From Verrucomicrobiales bacterium (lineage in GTDB: Bacteria; Verrucomicrobiota; Verrucomicrobiia; Verrucomicrobiales; DEV007), in contig JAOFXR010000009.1 in NCBI GenBank assembly GCA_028047635.1, forward strand, positions 14,902-78,901: a stretch of 64,000 nucleotides of DNA. Direction: 5' to 3'. Both the position numbers and the translations under genes were made by a program. This document shows positions 29,340-39,696 of the stretch, one piece after another (within the stretch, counting starts at the first letter, position 1; each line of letters opens with the position of its first letter). Under the pieces are notes generated by a model. That model saw nothing but the letters and a program-made list of their open reading frames with translations. It was not told the origin of the DNA and made no database searches.

Positions 29340-30728
29340 TCAAAGGACCGCCCAAAGGGCAAATACGAGGACCCCGTTGTTGATGGCATGAGCAACCATC
29401 GGAGCAATCAAAGAATCTCTCCATTCTCGAATCAACGCAAAACCAACCCCCATCGAAGCAAGCGCCGGCACCGCATAGACCCCCTGTGGATGGAGCACTG
29501 CGAAAATCAGCCCTCCTATTAACGCCGCGATCAGAAACGAGAATCGTCCTCGTAAATGGCGGTGGAACATTCCGCGAAAGAAGGTCTCCTCAAAGAAAGG
29601 GGCAAAAACAGACGCGAGAAAAAGACAAGCCAACTTAGCAGAAAGGCTCCCTTCAAATATCCAGCCCACAATAGGGTGGGGCTCAGGCCCGACGGCTGCG
29701 GCATCATCGGCGAACCGCGTCGAAATATAGATTAAAATCCCGGTGAGCGTTATCCCGATAGAAGCAATCGAAAGCACACCAAAATAACCAATAATTCCTG
29801 CCCCGATTTCCCTGAAAATGCCCTTTCCTCGGTGCCATCCAATATGGGTTCGGAATTCCGACCAGCTTACCTTTCGAATGAAAGGCCAAATAAATGGCAA
29901 AATGACCGCTCCAACGGAAGCCACGATCGCTACAGAGAAGTGGAAGAAATCAGCCACAACTACACCAATTGACATCAATCCCAAATACAGAGCAAAACAC
30001 TCGAGGTAGACCCCATTCTGAGGGCCTGCTACAGACAGTGCATTCACCTTCAAGCCGCTGCGCATTCGAGTCCCATGGATAATCACCAAAACGGCTCCGG
30101 CAACGAGTCCGGCGAAAGCACAGAGAAACAAAATCGAACCGACCAGAAAAATCGCAATGGAACGCGAGCGAATCAAAACGGCTTCGGGTGACTCGGTCCC
30201 CCCTTCCCCCGGAGGAAGTCCCGCAAACCATTCACCAAAAATGCCCTGAAGTTGAACTCGCTCCTCATCACTGAGGCCAGAGCTAATCGCCTTTTCAACT
30301 AACCCGGCCGTCACCGGCATTTTATCAGCAGGGAGCTTTTTGAAAGTCTCACCGGCGCGATCACTTTCCGGTAGAACAAAATTTTCGATCAACGCTAAAG
30401 CAGCCATAGCGCCCGGAGAAGATGCCATTTTTGAAAGGTCGTCGAGCATCAACTCAACCGTGTCAGGCTCAAATCGCTGCGATGCTATCACGACCTGCCC
30501 CTGCATTTTAAGCATCGCGAGCTCAGCCGGATTCACGGCCGCCCCCGTTTCAGAGTCCGTTACCTCATCCACTCCATGCACGTTTCCCAGTATCCATCCC
30601 AAAGGGATGATCGAAAACAAGATTAACGGCCAACACCATCGGCCTGCGGAACGAGGCTTGCTCTCCGAAACCGCCAAAGACTCCTCTTGCGGCTCACCGG
30701 CAGCTTCCATTCGTTTCGACAAACCCAA
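29340..30728 (-). CDS. CPBP (Abi/CAAX) intramembrane metalloprotease
   Basis: EETFFRG, FAVLH, HAINN motifs. Confidence 0.9.
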   Translation of the reverse strand: MGLSKRMEAAGEPQEESLAVSESKPRSAGRWCWPLILFSIIPLGWILGNVHGVDEVTDSETGAAVNPAELAMLKMQGQVVIASQRFEPDTVELMLDDLSKMASSPGAMAALALIENFVLPESDRAGETFKKLPADKMPVTAGLVEKAISSGLSDEERVQLQGIFGEWFAGLPPGEGGTESPEAVLIRSRSIAIFLVGSILFLCAFAGLVAGAVLVIIHGTRMRSGLKVNALSVAGPQNGVYLECFALYLGLMSIGVVVADFFHFSVAIVASVGAVILPFIWPFIRKVSWSEFRTHIGWHRGKGIFREIGAGIIGYFGVLSIASIGITLTGILIYISTRFADDAAAVGPEPHPIVGWIFEGSLSAKLACLFLASVFAPFFEETFFRGMFHRHLRGRFSFLIAALIGGLIFAVLHPQGVYAVPALASMGVGFALIREWRDSLIAPMVAHAINNGVLVFALWAVL

Positions 30729-30789
30729 CAGGGTAGAATCAGTGGCCTAACCCTGTTGAATTGATTAATGAGAGAGAGCAATTTATCGC

Positions 30790-32232
30790 TTACTTCCCGC
30801 TGACGTCGTAAGCAACGATATACTCCTGATCACGAAGAAAGAGTTTCCCGCCGATCACGAGCGGATGCGTCCAGACCTTACCTTTCGGATTTCGGTTCGA
30901 ACTTTGCGGATCCAGAGTGAACTGGCCTTTCTGAGTAAAACCATCCGGAGAAACCTCGACGAGAAGTAGCGTTCCGTCCTGCTCATTCAACGCATACAAA
31001 TGATTGTCGGCCACGTGCACGGAACCCTTTGACGTAAACTGACCTTTCTCATTCCAAACCATTTCACCCGTGCTCCACTCCTGACAAATCAAGCCGGCAC
31101 CATCGGAAAAACCGTAAAGGTAATCACCCACTTTCACGACTCCGCCGTGGTGGTTTTTCATCTCCTTGTTTACCCAGACATCGTCCGTGGTCCCATCTGA
31201 GTTTACCTTCACAAGCTTACAACCGACACCGTATCCAGAGGTCACGTAAATTTCATCGCCATCGACGATAGGCGTTGGAATCACAGCCGTCTTGCCGTCC
31301 CAGGCAGAACGCCAGAGAACCTCACCGTCCTCTGCGGAAACCCCGACGAGCTCTTTTTCGAAAAGCCGCACATACTGCTTTTTTCCATGAATCTCTGTCG
31401 GGATAATTGTGGCATACTCCGCCTTGCCCGGCTTTAGATCGTCAGCCTTCCAGATTGCTTTTCCGGTCAACTTATCAAGAGCAACCATACCGGCCTCTTC
31501 ACCACCCGGAGCAAGAATAAGATGCGGCCCATCGACCAATGGTGAAGCCGAAAATCCCCAGCCTCCCATCTTACCGCCAAAATCATCGACGAGATGCTTT
31601 GACCAGACCTTGCTTCCGGAGTCAGCACTTAAACAGGCGAAATTACCTTTCGGTCCCAGCGCATAAATATGGCCATCTGAGAAAGTTGGCGTGCTTCGCG
31701 GGCCGTGTCCCCAGCCTGCACTGTAGCCCTTTTGATCATCCTCACCAATCTTCGTTGACCATAGTTTTTTACCCGTCGCAGTATCAACGGCAGTCACCGT
31801 GACGTCCTCGCCTTGAGTGCCCATTGTGTAGAGAATTCCGCCGGCGATGCTAAAACCGGAATATCCCATTCCAGCCTCTTCAAAAACCCAGAGTTTTTCA
31901 GGCCCACCTTCAGGCCATTTGTCGAGCAATCCAGTATCAGGGGAAATATCATCTCCATTCGCGCCACGGAAAGCAGGCCATTCGGCACCTCCTGATGCAG
32001 CAGACGTTTTCTCGAGGCCGGAAATAAACTCCTGATCTTCCAAACTTAGCGAAATGACATCCACTTGGCCCACGCCACCATTGGGCAGTTTTAAGTGAGC
32101 CACACCGCCCTCGACCTTAATCAAATCTGCTTCGATTTTCTTTCCCGAGCCTGCCTGAGTCCAGGTTCTTGCCGCAGCAAAATGACTCAGCCCAAAAACG
32201 GCAACCAAAGCGATCAAGAAATGTCTCATCAT
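30790..32232 (-). CDS. Secreted SHD1 + PQQ-like beta-propeller protein
   Basis: Signal peptide, RTWTQ...LSLEDQEFI (SHD1), WPAFRG and repeated W-box blades. Confidence 0.85.
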   Translation of the reverse strand: MMRHFLIALVAVFGLSHFAAARTWTQAGSGKKIEADLIKVEGGVAHLKLPNGGVGQVDVISLSLEDQEFISGLEKTSAASGGAEWPAFRGANGDDISPDTGLLDKWPEGGPEKLWVFEEAGMGYSGFSIAGGILYTMGTQGEDVTVTAVDTATGKKLWSTKIGEDDQKGYSAGWGHGPRSTPTFSDGHIYALGPKGNFACLSADSGSKVWSKHLVDDFGGKMGGWGFSASPLVDGPHLILAPGGEEAGMVALDKLTGKAIWKADDLKPGKAEYATIIPTEIHGKKQYVRLFEKELVGVSAEDGEVLWRSAWDGKTAVIPTPIVDGDEIYVTSGYGVGCKLVKVNSDGTTDDVWVNKEMKNHHGGVVKVGDYLYGFSDGAGLICQEWSTGEMVWNEKGQFTSKGSVHVADNHLYALNEQDGTLLLVEVSPDGFTQKGQFTLDPQSSNRNPKGKVWTHPLVIGGKLFLRDQEYIVAYDVSGK

Positions 32233-32310
32233 GACGTAAAGTTCGATCAAATGTTCAAAAAAGGCAAGTCCCGTAAAGCGTGAGAAATACTTCCTGAAAC
32301 CCGCTGTCCG

Positions 32311-32347
32311 AAAAACAAATAGCCGAACGGTTTCCCGTCCGGCTATT
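32311..32347 (-). terminator. Intrinsic terminator
   Basis: AATAGCCG...CGGCTATT stem plus T-rich tail. Confidence 0.55.
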
Positions 32348-32370
32348 GAGGTTTTATTAAAAAAGGTAAT

Positions 32371-33076
32371 TTAGAAGTGAAAACGTGCACCGAGTGTCAG
32401 TGCCGAGTCATCCCCGTCAAATTCTCCGGCGATCTGAAAACCGATACGCTCGTTGAGATGAAGAATCACACCGGGAGTAAAAATCCAGTTAGCATCGTAA
32501 GCATGCTCAAGATAAACACTGTCCTCGGAAAGATACTGCTGACGCTTGTCGCCTTCGCGATCCGTGTAGAGAGCCTTGGCAAAGAACTCAAAGCGTCCGG
32601 CACGGGCACGAATACCAGGCCCGAAGTAATAGGCCCAGGAATCAAAATCACGATCCGTGTAACCGCGACCATACTCTGCATCCAAATGATCAAATCCACC
32701 TTCAAAAGTAAGATCAACACACCTTGCTATCTGATGACGAACCCCAAGGCCCATGAGATAGCGTCGTGTATCAACACCTACTGAGTTACCGGCCCAATTC
32801 TAATCAAAACTGCCTGCGTTAATCCCACCATTGAGGAAGAACAACGACCCGAGAGATTTCGAGAAGCCCAGTTCATAGGAATCCCCGTTATCAATGAGGC
32901 GGCTTCCGAAGTCGTTGAACGTGTAATCCAGATCGACGAAGTCGTAGGAGAGGCATGACCCTGAAATCGGGGCGGCAAGAGCGGCAAGACCCTTAGCCGG
33001 ACAGCTCCAATCTCCAGCCTCTGCCATTCCCGCTACGAGGAACGACGCAATAACTTATGTAAGCAATGTTTTTCAT
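32371..33076 (-). pseudogene. Outer-membrane beta-barrel protein, disrupted
   Basis: Frameshift after ATG, TAA at 33055-33057, in-frame TAG at 32800-32802; LSYDFVDLDY and C-terminal GARFHF beta-signal. Confidence 0.75.
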
Positions 33077-33204
33077 AAGTTTGTTGGCAGTTTTTGAGAA
33101 ACCGAGAAACTGAGGGGCCTCAGAATCAGTAAGTTTTTTAAAATTTTATCAAGCTTCGACTGGAAAGAGCACCTAAAAACTGGTTTGGTTGAAGTCTGAT
33201 ACTC

Positions 33205-34089
33205 ATGATAAACTGTCGAATGCGAATTGCTGCCCTTTTTCTTTCTGTCTCCGTTCATCTGGCCCTTACACCGGTCCAGGCACAAACCGCTCAACCCGCC
33301 CCCAGGCTGCGAGTTACCCTCGAGAACGCCTATGAAAATTGGAAAACGGCGATGGTCACGGGCGACATCAAAAAATGGGAAGCCACGACCGCGTTCTCAC
33401 GGCAGCGCGAGATTCAAAATCGCATCGTCTCTCAGCGCCGCCCTTTCCCGAATACCTTGTTTGAAGATCCCATGAGTTCGCCTCAATTAGCCGGCCTCGT
33501 TTCACTCGGAGTGCTGAGCAATGGATTCGCGGCCACTTCGACCTATTTCGGACGCGCCAACTTCGGAAACGCCACCGGTACCGAAATCCCTGATAACCTT
33601 CTCGTGCTGCATTTTTTAAGAGAAGACGGCGTCTGGAAATTCGACAATCTTCGCCTCGTTCGTATCGGCAATGATGGTGAAATTTTACTTCAAATCAGAA
33701 ACAGTGATTTTTCGTTTCTTCAAGGGGCCGAGTTTCAACCTGCTGAGCAGCTTCCGCCTATCCAGCAACCGGTATCGATGCCCGATATGATTGCGGAAGT
33801 CTGGGTCGACGCGACCGGCTACGAAGTAAAAATTTACGTTAACAACCGCCTCACCGGAACATTTTCGAATCTGAAGATCACTGAGCTCGTCAATGGCGGA
33901 GTGAACAAAGGACAGAACATGATTCGGATTGAAACGAAGCCGCTCGCAGAAGCAAACTCCGCCCCCCCGAAAGTAGAAGTCGCCGTCTATGCAGCCCCTG
34001 ATGCAGAGAGCAAAGCAAATCGTGTGTTTCACTATCGTCCCGCCGGTAAACCGGAGCCGAGTGCGACTCACGGATTTGACGTGCAGTGA
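33205..34089 (+). CDS. Secreted hypothetical protein (NTF2-like N-domain + beta domain)
   Basis: Signal peptide ending VQA; FLREDGVWKF; start uncertain. Confidence 0.65.
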   Translation: MINCRMRIAALFLSVSVHLALTPVQAQTAQPAPRLRVTLENAYENWKTAMVTGDIKKWEATTAFSRQREIQNRIVSQRRPFPNTLFEDPMSSPQLAGLVSLGVLSNGFAATSTYFGRANFGNATGTEIPDNLLVLHFLREDGVWKFDNLRLVRIGNDGEILLQIRNSDFSFLQGAEFQPAEQLPPIQQPVSMPDMIAEVWVDATGYEVKIYVNNRLTGTFSNLKITELVNGGVNKGQNMIRIETKPLAEANSAPPKVEVAVYAAPDAESKANRVFHYRPAGKPEPSATHGFDVQ

Positions 34090-34093
34090 GCCG

Positions 34094-36181
34094 CTAGCGG
34101 GATCTCATGAGGACGACCCGAAAGCCAACATCATAACGATCTTTCGCCGATGGTCCCGCACCCATGCGGTTGCCGACCTTCAGATCGAACTGAGACGATC
34201 GGTTCCAGGCGCCGCCACGCAGCACCTTGCGATCGGTTCCAACCCAACTTTCATTAGGGGTGGCATCTTCTTTACGCATACGGCTCACGATGGTTTGTGA
34301 ATACCAGTCGCCGACCCACTCCCAGACGTTGCCTCGAACATCATAAAGCCCGAATTCATTCGCCGCGAGAGAACCCACCGGTGCGGTTGATTTTTGACGC
34401 TCAAAAAGACTGGAGACGGCACCATCCAACTTCTGAACGCCGACAAAATGGCTCCACTCCTGATCCGAAGGAAGCCGGTAACGATACCCCTGCGGAAGCG
34501 TCCCGCGGGCACTTTCCTCTCCGGTCAATGCTTCGCAGAACTTCATCGCATCATACCAGGTGACACTGTCGACGGGATGCTTCGGCGATTTAAAATAACT
34601 GGGATTCGCTCCTGTCGTTCTCTCAAAAAGCTCCTGGGTCACCTCGCGCGCTCCCACCCAGCCATCGAGGCGGCCGAACCAAACCATTTCCTGGCCGATT
34701 CCATTCTTGAAATTCCGGGTCATCACCGGGGTCACATCAAACTTCAAAGACGCGGAAAAATCCAAAGAACCGCCGGGTTCGACGACACCGGAAACTCTCG
34801 TGCTCCGATGCTGCGCCTTAGTTAGCTCATAAGTGTAACTCCCGGGAGGAACCACCGAAAGCGTTAGTGGCGTGCGCCCAAGCGGAACTCCACCCGAGAT
34901 AACCGCAGCCTCGGCTGGATCGCTTTCGATAAATACCTTGCCGTAATCAAACTCAAAGTTCACCACGTTTGATCCGGCTTCCGAATCGATATAAGCCGCT
35001 GAATTGACTTCACTTAAACGATCAAACCTTGAGGCAAACTGATATTCGCCCTCGGGCATCTCAACTGCAAAAGGCGTTACCTGACTTCCATTCCCCAGTC
35101 TTCGCCCCCCCTGAAATACCTCTGCTCCCGGAGGATCACTCACGAATTGCACGAGCGCGCGCTCCCAGGCAAATTCGAGATCCTGAGTCACACCGTCGCG
35201 CACCTCAACGGTTCGGCGTATTGGCTCCCAATCAGCATTTCGCAACTCGATAGTGTGCTTTCCGACAGGCAAATCAGGCATACTCATCGGGGTCGAACCC
35301 GCCTTCCTCGCATTTCCATCTCCACTTTGAATCCACAGCTCAGCCCCGTTCGGATCGCTCGTTACATTGAGTCCCCCTTTGGCGAAAACAGCAGAAACCG
35401 ATGCATTCCGATTATTCTCGATCCGAACCATCTTGGAATATTCAGGCCAACCTTCCACTGCCATCAAAATCTGATACTCACCGGGATCGAGCTTTTCAAT
35501 TCGTGCCGGCGTCTTTCCAACCTCAATCAGCTCCTTTCGCTCATCCCCAGCTCTTTTGATTAATTTAAAATCGGCCCCAACAGGCTCGCTAACCACATCA
35601 ATCCCCCCCGAAGTTTTGCGCAGTTCAACCGACACAAGATCGATCACCTCCTCATTCTCAACATTCACGGTGCGCTCCACCGTCTCAAAACCTTCTTTTT
35701 TAATTCTGACGAGGTGCTTACCCATGGGAATTCCAGCAAAGCGTGCCGGAGAAGTCTGTTCATCAATCCCCTTCAATTCGATCACCGCACCGGACGGCAC
35801 CGTGCTCACTGAAATAATGCCTTTTGCCTCGTCGAGATGTCTATCAATCAAGGGAAGTGAAGCAATAGCGATAGGATTCTCTTGATCGATTTCAATCACG
35901 TCCTGAAAATGACGTCGGGCCTCAAGCCATTCGCCTCGGGCGACCGCTTCACGGGCCTGCACAATGAGCGGCGTTACTTTGGACGAATCCACTCCCGATG
36001 GGAGATTTGACTGCTTAGGGAGAGAACTCGCTTTCTGCTTCCCGAAGTAGAGACCGCCACCGATTCCGACTGAGAGAGAGAACAACACGAGAACAATCCA
36101 GCCCCACCGTGGAACCTTAGTTCCCGGTCGAATGCTTCGCCTCGGCGGCAAATCAATATTGGTTGTATGGCGTTCCATCAC
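34094..36181 (-). CDS. TM-TPR-multi-PEGA-FGE/SUMF1-domain protein
   Basis: SxPxGA PEGA repeats, YRLPS, GLYDVRGNVWEW, RGGAW, GFRVV. Confidence 0.85.
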   Translation of the reverse strand: MMERHTTNIDLPPRRSIRPGTKVPRWGWIVLVLFSLSVGIGGGLYFGKQKASSLPKQSNLPSGVDSSKVTPLIVQAREAVARGEWLEARRHFQDVIEIDQENPIAIASLPLIDRHLDEAKGIISVSTVPSGAVIELKGIDEQTSPARFAGIPMGKHLVRIKKEGFETVERTVNVENEEVIDLVSVELRKTSGGIDVVSEPVGADFKLIKRAGDERKELIEVGKTPARIEKLDPGEYQILMAVEGWPEYSKMVRIENNRNASVSAVFAKGGLNVTSDPNGAELWIQSGDGNARKAGSTPMSMPDLPVGKHTIELRNADWEPIRRTVEVRDGVTQDLEFAWERALVQFVSDPPGAEVFQGGRRLGNGSQVTPFAVEMPEGEYQFASRFDRLSEVNSAAYIDSEAGSNVVNFEFDYGKVFIESDPAEAAVISGGVPLGRTPLTLSVVPPGSYTYELTKAQHRSTRVSGVVEPGGSLDFSASLKFDVTPVMTRNFKNGIGQEMVWFGRLDGWVGAREVTQELFERTTGANPSYFKSPKHPVDSVTWYDAMKFCEALTGEESARGTLPQGYRYRLPSDQEWSHFVGVQKLDGAVSSLFERQKSTAPVGSLAANEFGLYDVRGNVWEWVGDWYSQTIVSRMRKEDATPNESWVGTDRKVLRGGAWNRSSQFDLKVGNRMGAGPSAKDRYDVGFRVVLMRSR

Positions 36182-36290
36182 TTGTTCAAAGACGGACGGC
36201 TTGACGGCAGTCGTCTATTCTATACACGATTTAGCGCCAATCCCCCACCCTCTATTTTCACGAGACCAGTTTTTGTGACGAATTATCACA

Positions 36291-36322
36291 AAAAAAGGGG
36301 CAGAGAATTAACTCTGCCCCTT
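36291..36322 (-). terminator. rpsA intrinsic terminator
   Basis: AAGGGGCAGAG-AATTAA-CTCTGCCCCTT stem with T run. Confidence 0.85.
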
Positions 36323-36374
36323 CTTAAAAATGGGTCAGCGACATATCATGTCGCTGCCTGTGTGGAGAAAATGA

Positions 36375-38126
36375 TCAGTCTTCTGACTTCTCTGCCTCTG
36401 CCTCTGCCTCTGCCTCTGCCTCTGCCTCTTCGCTTCCGCCCGGACTCCAGTCTTCGGTCGCAAGATTGAAAGCCTGCTCCAGTCCAACGAGGTCGGAACT
36501 CGGACGAAGGGCATCGAATGCCGCAGTTTCCTTCTTGAGCTGCTCTTCTGAGTATTCAGCTGCCTTGATTGAAAGACCGATACGGCGCTCGACTTTGTCG
36601 ACCTTGATAACACGAGCCTCAACGTCGTCGCCAACTTTGATGACGTCTTTCACCTTGGCAACGTGATCTTCGCTAAGCTGCGAGATGTGAACGAGGCCGT
36701 CGATGTCGTCTTCAAGCTGGATGAAAGCACCGAAGCTTGCGATCTTAGCGACCGTTCCTTTAACAAGGTCACCAACCGTGAAGCGGGTATCAATCTCGCT
36801 CCAAGGGTCACCCTCAAGTTGCTTAACACCAAGACTGATTCGCTGATTCGTCTTGTCGATCTCGAGAACGATTGCTTCGGTCTCTTCGCCCTTCTTAACG
36901 ACTTCGCTAGGATGATTGATCTTACGGGTCCAACTAAGGTCGGAAACGTGAATCATACCATCGATACCATCTTCAAGCTCAACAAACGCACCGTAGGGGG
37001 TGAGATTGCGGATCTCGCCTTTGATCGTTGTACCGATTGGGTAACGTGATTCGACTTCGTCCCAGGGATTGGGCTCGAGCTGGCGAACACCGAGAGAGAT
37101 CTTCTGCTCCTCTTTGTTAATGCCGAGAACAACCGCTTTCACTTCCTGCTCAAGTTCAAGCACATCGCTCGGACGAGTGATTCGCTTGGTCCATGAAAGC
37201 TCGGAAACGTGGATAAGTCCTTCTACGCCGCGCTCAATTTCAACGAATGCTCCATAAGGAACCAACTTCGTGATTTTTCCTGCCACTTCGGTTCCAATTG
37301 CGTATTTGGCTTCGATTGCTTCCCAGGGGTTGTCTTGGAGTTGCTTAAGACCAAGTGAAACACGCTCTTTGTCCTTGTCGACGTCGAGAATGATAACGTG
37401 AACGGTCTGACCAATCGCAAGCATTTCGCTTGGGTGATTGATGCGGCCCCAGCTCATGTCGGTGATGTGGAGAAGTCCGTCCATGCCCTGAAGGTCAACA
37501 AACGCACCAAAGTCGGTGATGTTCTTGACGACTCCATCGACCTTGTCGCCGACTTTAACGGACTCAAGGAACTCAGCACGCTGCTCAGCACGCTCAGCTT
37601 CAATAACTTCACGACGGCTCAGAACGATGTTCTTGCGGATGTCGTTAACTTTAACGATTTTAAATTCGTAAACCTTACCAACGTATTCGTTGAGGTCTTT
37701 CGGTGGAATGATGTCGATCTGTGATCCGGGAAGGAACGCTTCAACACCCACGTTGACCATGAGGCCACCTTTAACAACGGATTTGACCTTACCTTTAACA
37801 AGGCCGCCATCTTCGTATACCTGGACGATTTTGTCCCAGTTCTGCTTGTGAGCTGCTTTCTCTTTCGAGAGGACAACCATGCCCTCGTCGTTTTCGAGCT
37901 TCTCAAGAAGCACTTCGATTTCATCGCCTACAGCGAATTCTTCGTCTTCAAATTCTGAAATCGGGATAATTCCCTCGGATTTCGCGCTAATATCGACGAC
38001 GACCACCTGCGGGCGCACCTCGATAATGGTTCCATGCACGATCGAATTCTCGCGATGGGTTGGGAAATTCTTCTCAATCAGAGCCATGAGCTCGGGATTG
38101 GAAGAGGTTGCTGTATCTACTGACAT
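36375..38126 (-). CDS. rpsA: 30S ribosomal protein S1
   Basis: Six S1 repeats (FLPGSQID, GLLHITDMSW, GLIHVSELSW). Confidence 0.97.
   Translation of the reverse strand: MSVDTATSSNPELMALIEKNFPTHRENSIVHGTIIEVRPQVVVVDISAKSEGIIPISEFEDEEFAVGDEIEVLLEKLENDEGMVVLSKEKAAHKQNWDKIVQVYEDGGLVKGKVKSVVKGGLMVNVGVEAFLPGSQIDIIPPKDLNEYVGKVYEFKIVKVNDIRKNIVLSRREVIEAERAEQRAEFLESVKVGDKVDGVVKNITDFGAFVDLQGMDGLLHITDMSWGRINHPSEMLAIGQTVHVIILDVDKDKERVSLGLKQLQDNPWEAIEAKYAIGTEVAGKITKLVPYGAFVEIERGVEGLIHVSELSWTKRITRPSDVLELEQEVKAVVLGINKEEQKISLGVRQLEPNPWDEVESRYPIGTTIKGEIRNLTPYGAFVELEDGIDGMIHVSDLSWTRKINHPSEVVKKGEETEAIVLEIDKTNQRISLGVKQLEGDPWSEIDTRFTVGDLVKGTVAKIASFGAFIQLEDDIDGLVHISQLSEDHVAKVKDVIKVGDDVEARVIKVDKVERRIGLSIKAAEYSEEQLKKETAAFDALRPSSDLVGLEQAFNLATEDWSPGGSEEAEAEAEAEAEAEKSED
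36391..36429. repeat. (TCTGCC)6 microsatellite encoding the (EA)n tail of S1
   Basis: Six perfect hexamers 36391-36426. Confidence 0.9.
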
Positions 38127-38360
38127 ATTGGTTGGGTTTAAGTGAGTTACCTGGTTAATTAGGACGACCTACATTGCTCCATTTTTAAACTTCGCATGCC
38201 CGTGGAGCACCTGCGGCAGGCGAAGGGCGGCAAATCTAGGTGAATTAACCGATATGACAAAGGGTTTTTCCGCCCAAAACCGTGATATTTCCTCAAAGGT
38301 GGTGGTAAACCAAACGCTGCCATTTACCCTATTGCCGGCGTTTAGCGCCCCAATCCCCTC

Positions 38361-38543
38361 ATGGAAACCGACGACGTGATCTGCCCGACCTGTTTTGAAA
38401 GCTTCAGCGTACCCCTTCCCGGGATCGCTGAAGTGCCCGCCGAAGTCGACTACGACTGCGAAATTTGCTGCCGCCCCATGATCGTGAGCTTCGAATCAGA
38501 TGGTGAGGAAATCTATGCCAGTGCGCGTGGAATCCATGATTAA
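38361..38543 (+). CDS. CPXCG-motif cysteine-rich small protein
   Basis: CPTC...DCEICCRP. Confidence 0.8.
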   Translation: METDDVICPTCFESFSVPLPGIAEVPAEVDYDCEICCRPMIVSFESDGEEIYASARGIHD

Positions 38544-38587
38544 TTGAGCATTGCTCTCACAGGCACTCTTCCCATAAAATCAGTGCC

Positions 38588-39658
38588 GTGAAGTTGCTCT
38601 TGATTCATGTCGCCTGCCTCTGCCTCTGCCTCTGCCTCACGGCCAGCTCATCCCTGGCTCAGTCCACTTCTATCCGGGACTGGACCACTTCGGACTTTCG
38701 AAGTCGCGGCCACATTGAAATCCATCCGCCCGGCGAACACTCTGCTGAGTTCAAGTTTTGGAAATGGCCGGGAGACAACACCATGCTCGACCTCAGAGGA
38801 TCCGTATTTTTTGCCCATGAAAACGGATCCTTCACCGAAGAGAATATTCCCCGACCGGGAGCTTCGCTTTCAGGTTTTCGGGAATGCGTTTCTTCCGAGA
38901 AGTATCCTCTCTCCATTCGCGGTCGCGGTTCGAAGAACATCCTCGTCTCGGGGGGGGGGGGGGCGGAGTTATCGGTGTCCAACCTCGCGCGCTCCCGTGG
39001 CGCGCCATGAAAAGCTTTTATGATGGAGACGGCATCCGGATCAAAGCCCCCGGCGAAAAAAATTGTCGATGAAATCTACATGGACAATGTGCAGGACGGA
39101 TTCAGCCCGCGAAGAGGAGGCACCTGGACCCTACACAATTCTCATCTCAAATATGTGCGTGACGATTTTGTGGAGAATGACCGGCTGCTCTCCGGCGAAA
39201 TTCATAATTGCTTTGCCGACGGGGTATTTGTTTTTCTCTCGGCGCGACCGGGGAAAAAGAGCAATCGCGAGATGCTTGACGCCCGGACACCGCCTCTCGT
39301 GAAAATTACTGATACGCTCGTTCACCTCGAAGCACAGCCCTTCGATGGAGACATGAAACTCCATGACCAACGTTATATCATTGATGGCAAAGCCTGTGGA
39401 CAACTTTTCAAATGGAGTCAGTGGGCAGGAACCGTTGAAGTAAAAAACTGTATTTTCCGCTGGGACGAGATGACCTCGTCCGGCCCGACACTGATGACCT
39501 TTCCGAAAGGAACTTACGAAAAGGTAACCCTCATCTGGCTCGGCGAGGGCGACTACCCGAAACCGCTTCCTGAGGGAGTCACACTGAGCCGTGACCTCAA
39601 CATCTGGGAATCAGCGAAAGCAGAGTGGCTTACCCGACATTCACAACAAAGCCGGTAA
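38588..39658 (+). pseudogene. Secreted beta-helix-like protein split by G14 and A7 tracts
   Basis: Coding sense passes through three ORFs, switching at 38950-38963 and 39056-39062. Confidence 0.65.
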
Positions 39659-39696
39659 TACGCGGATGATTGGCAGGAGCCCCGATGACCTAGGGG

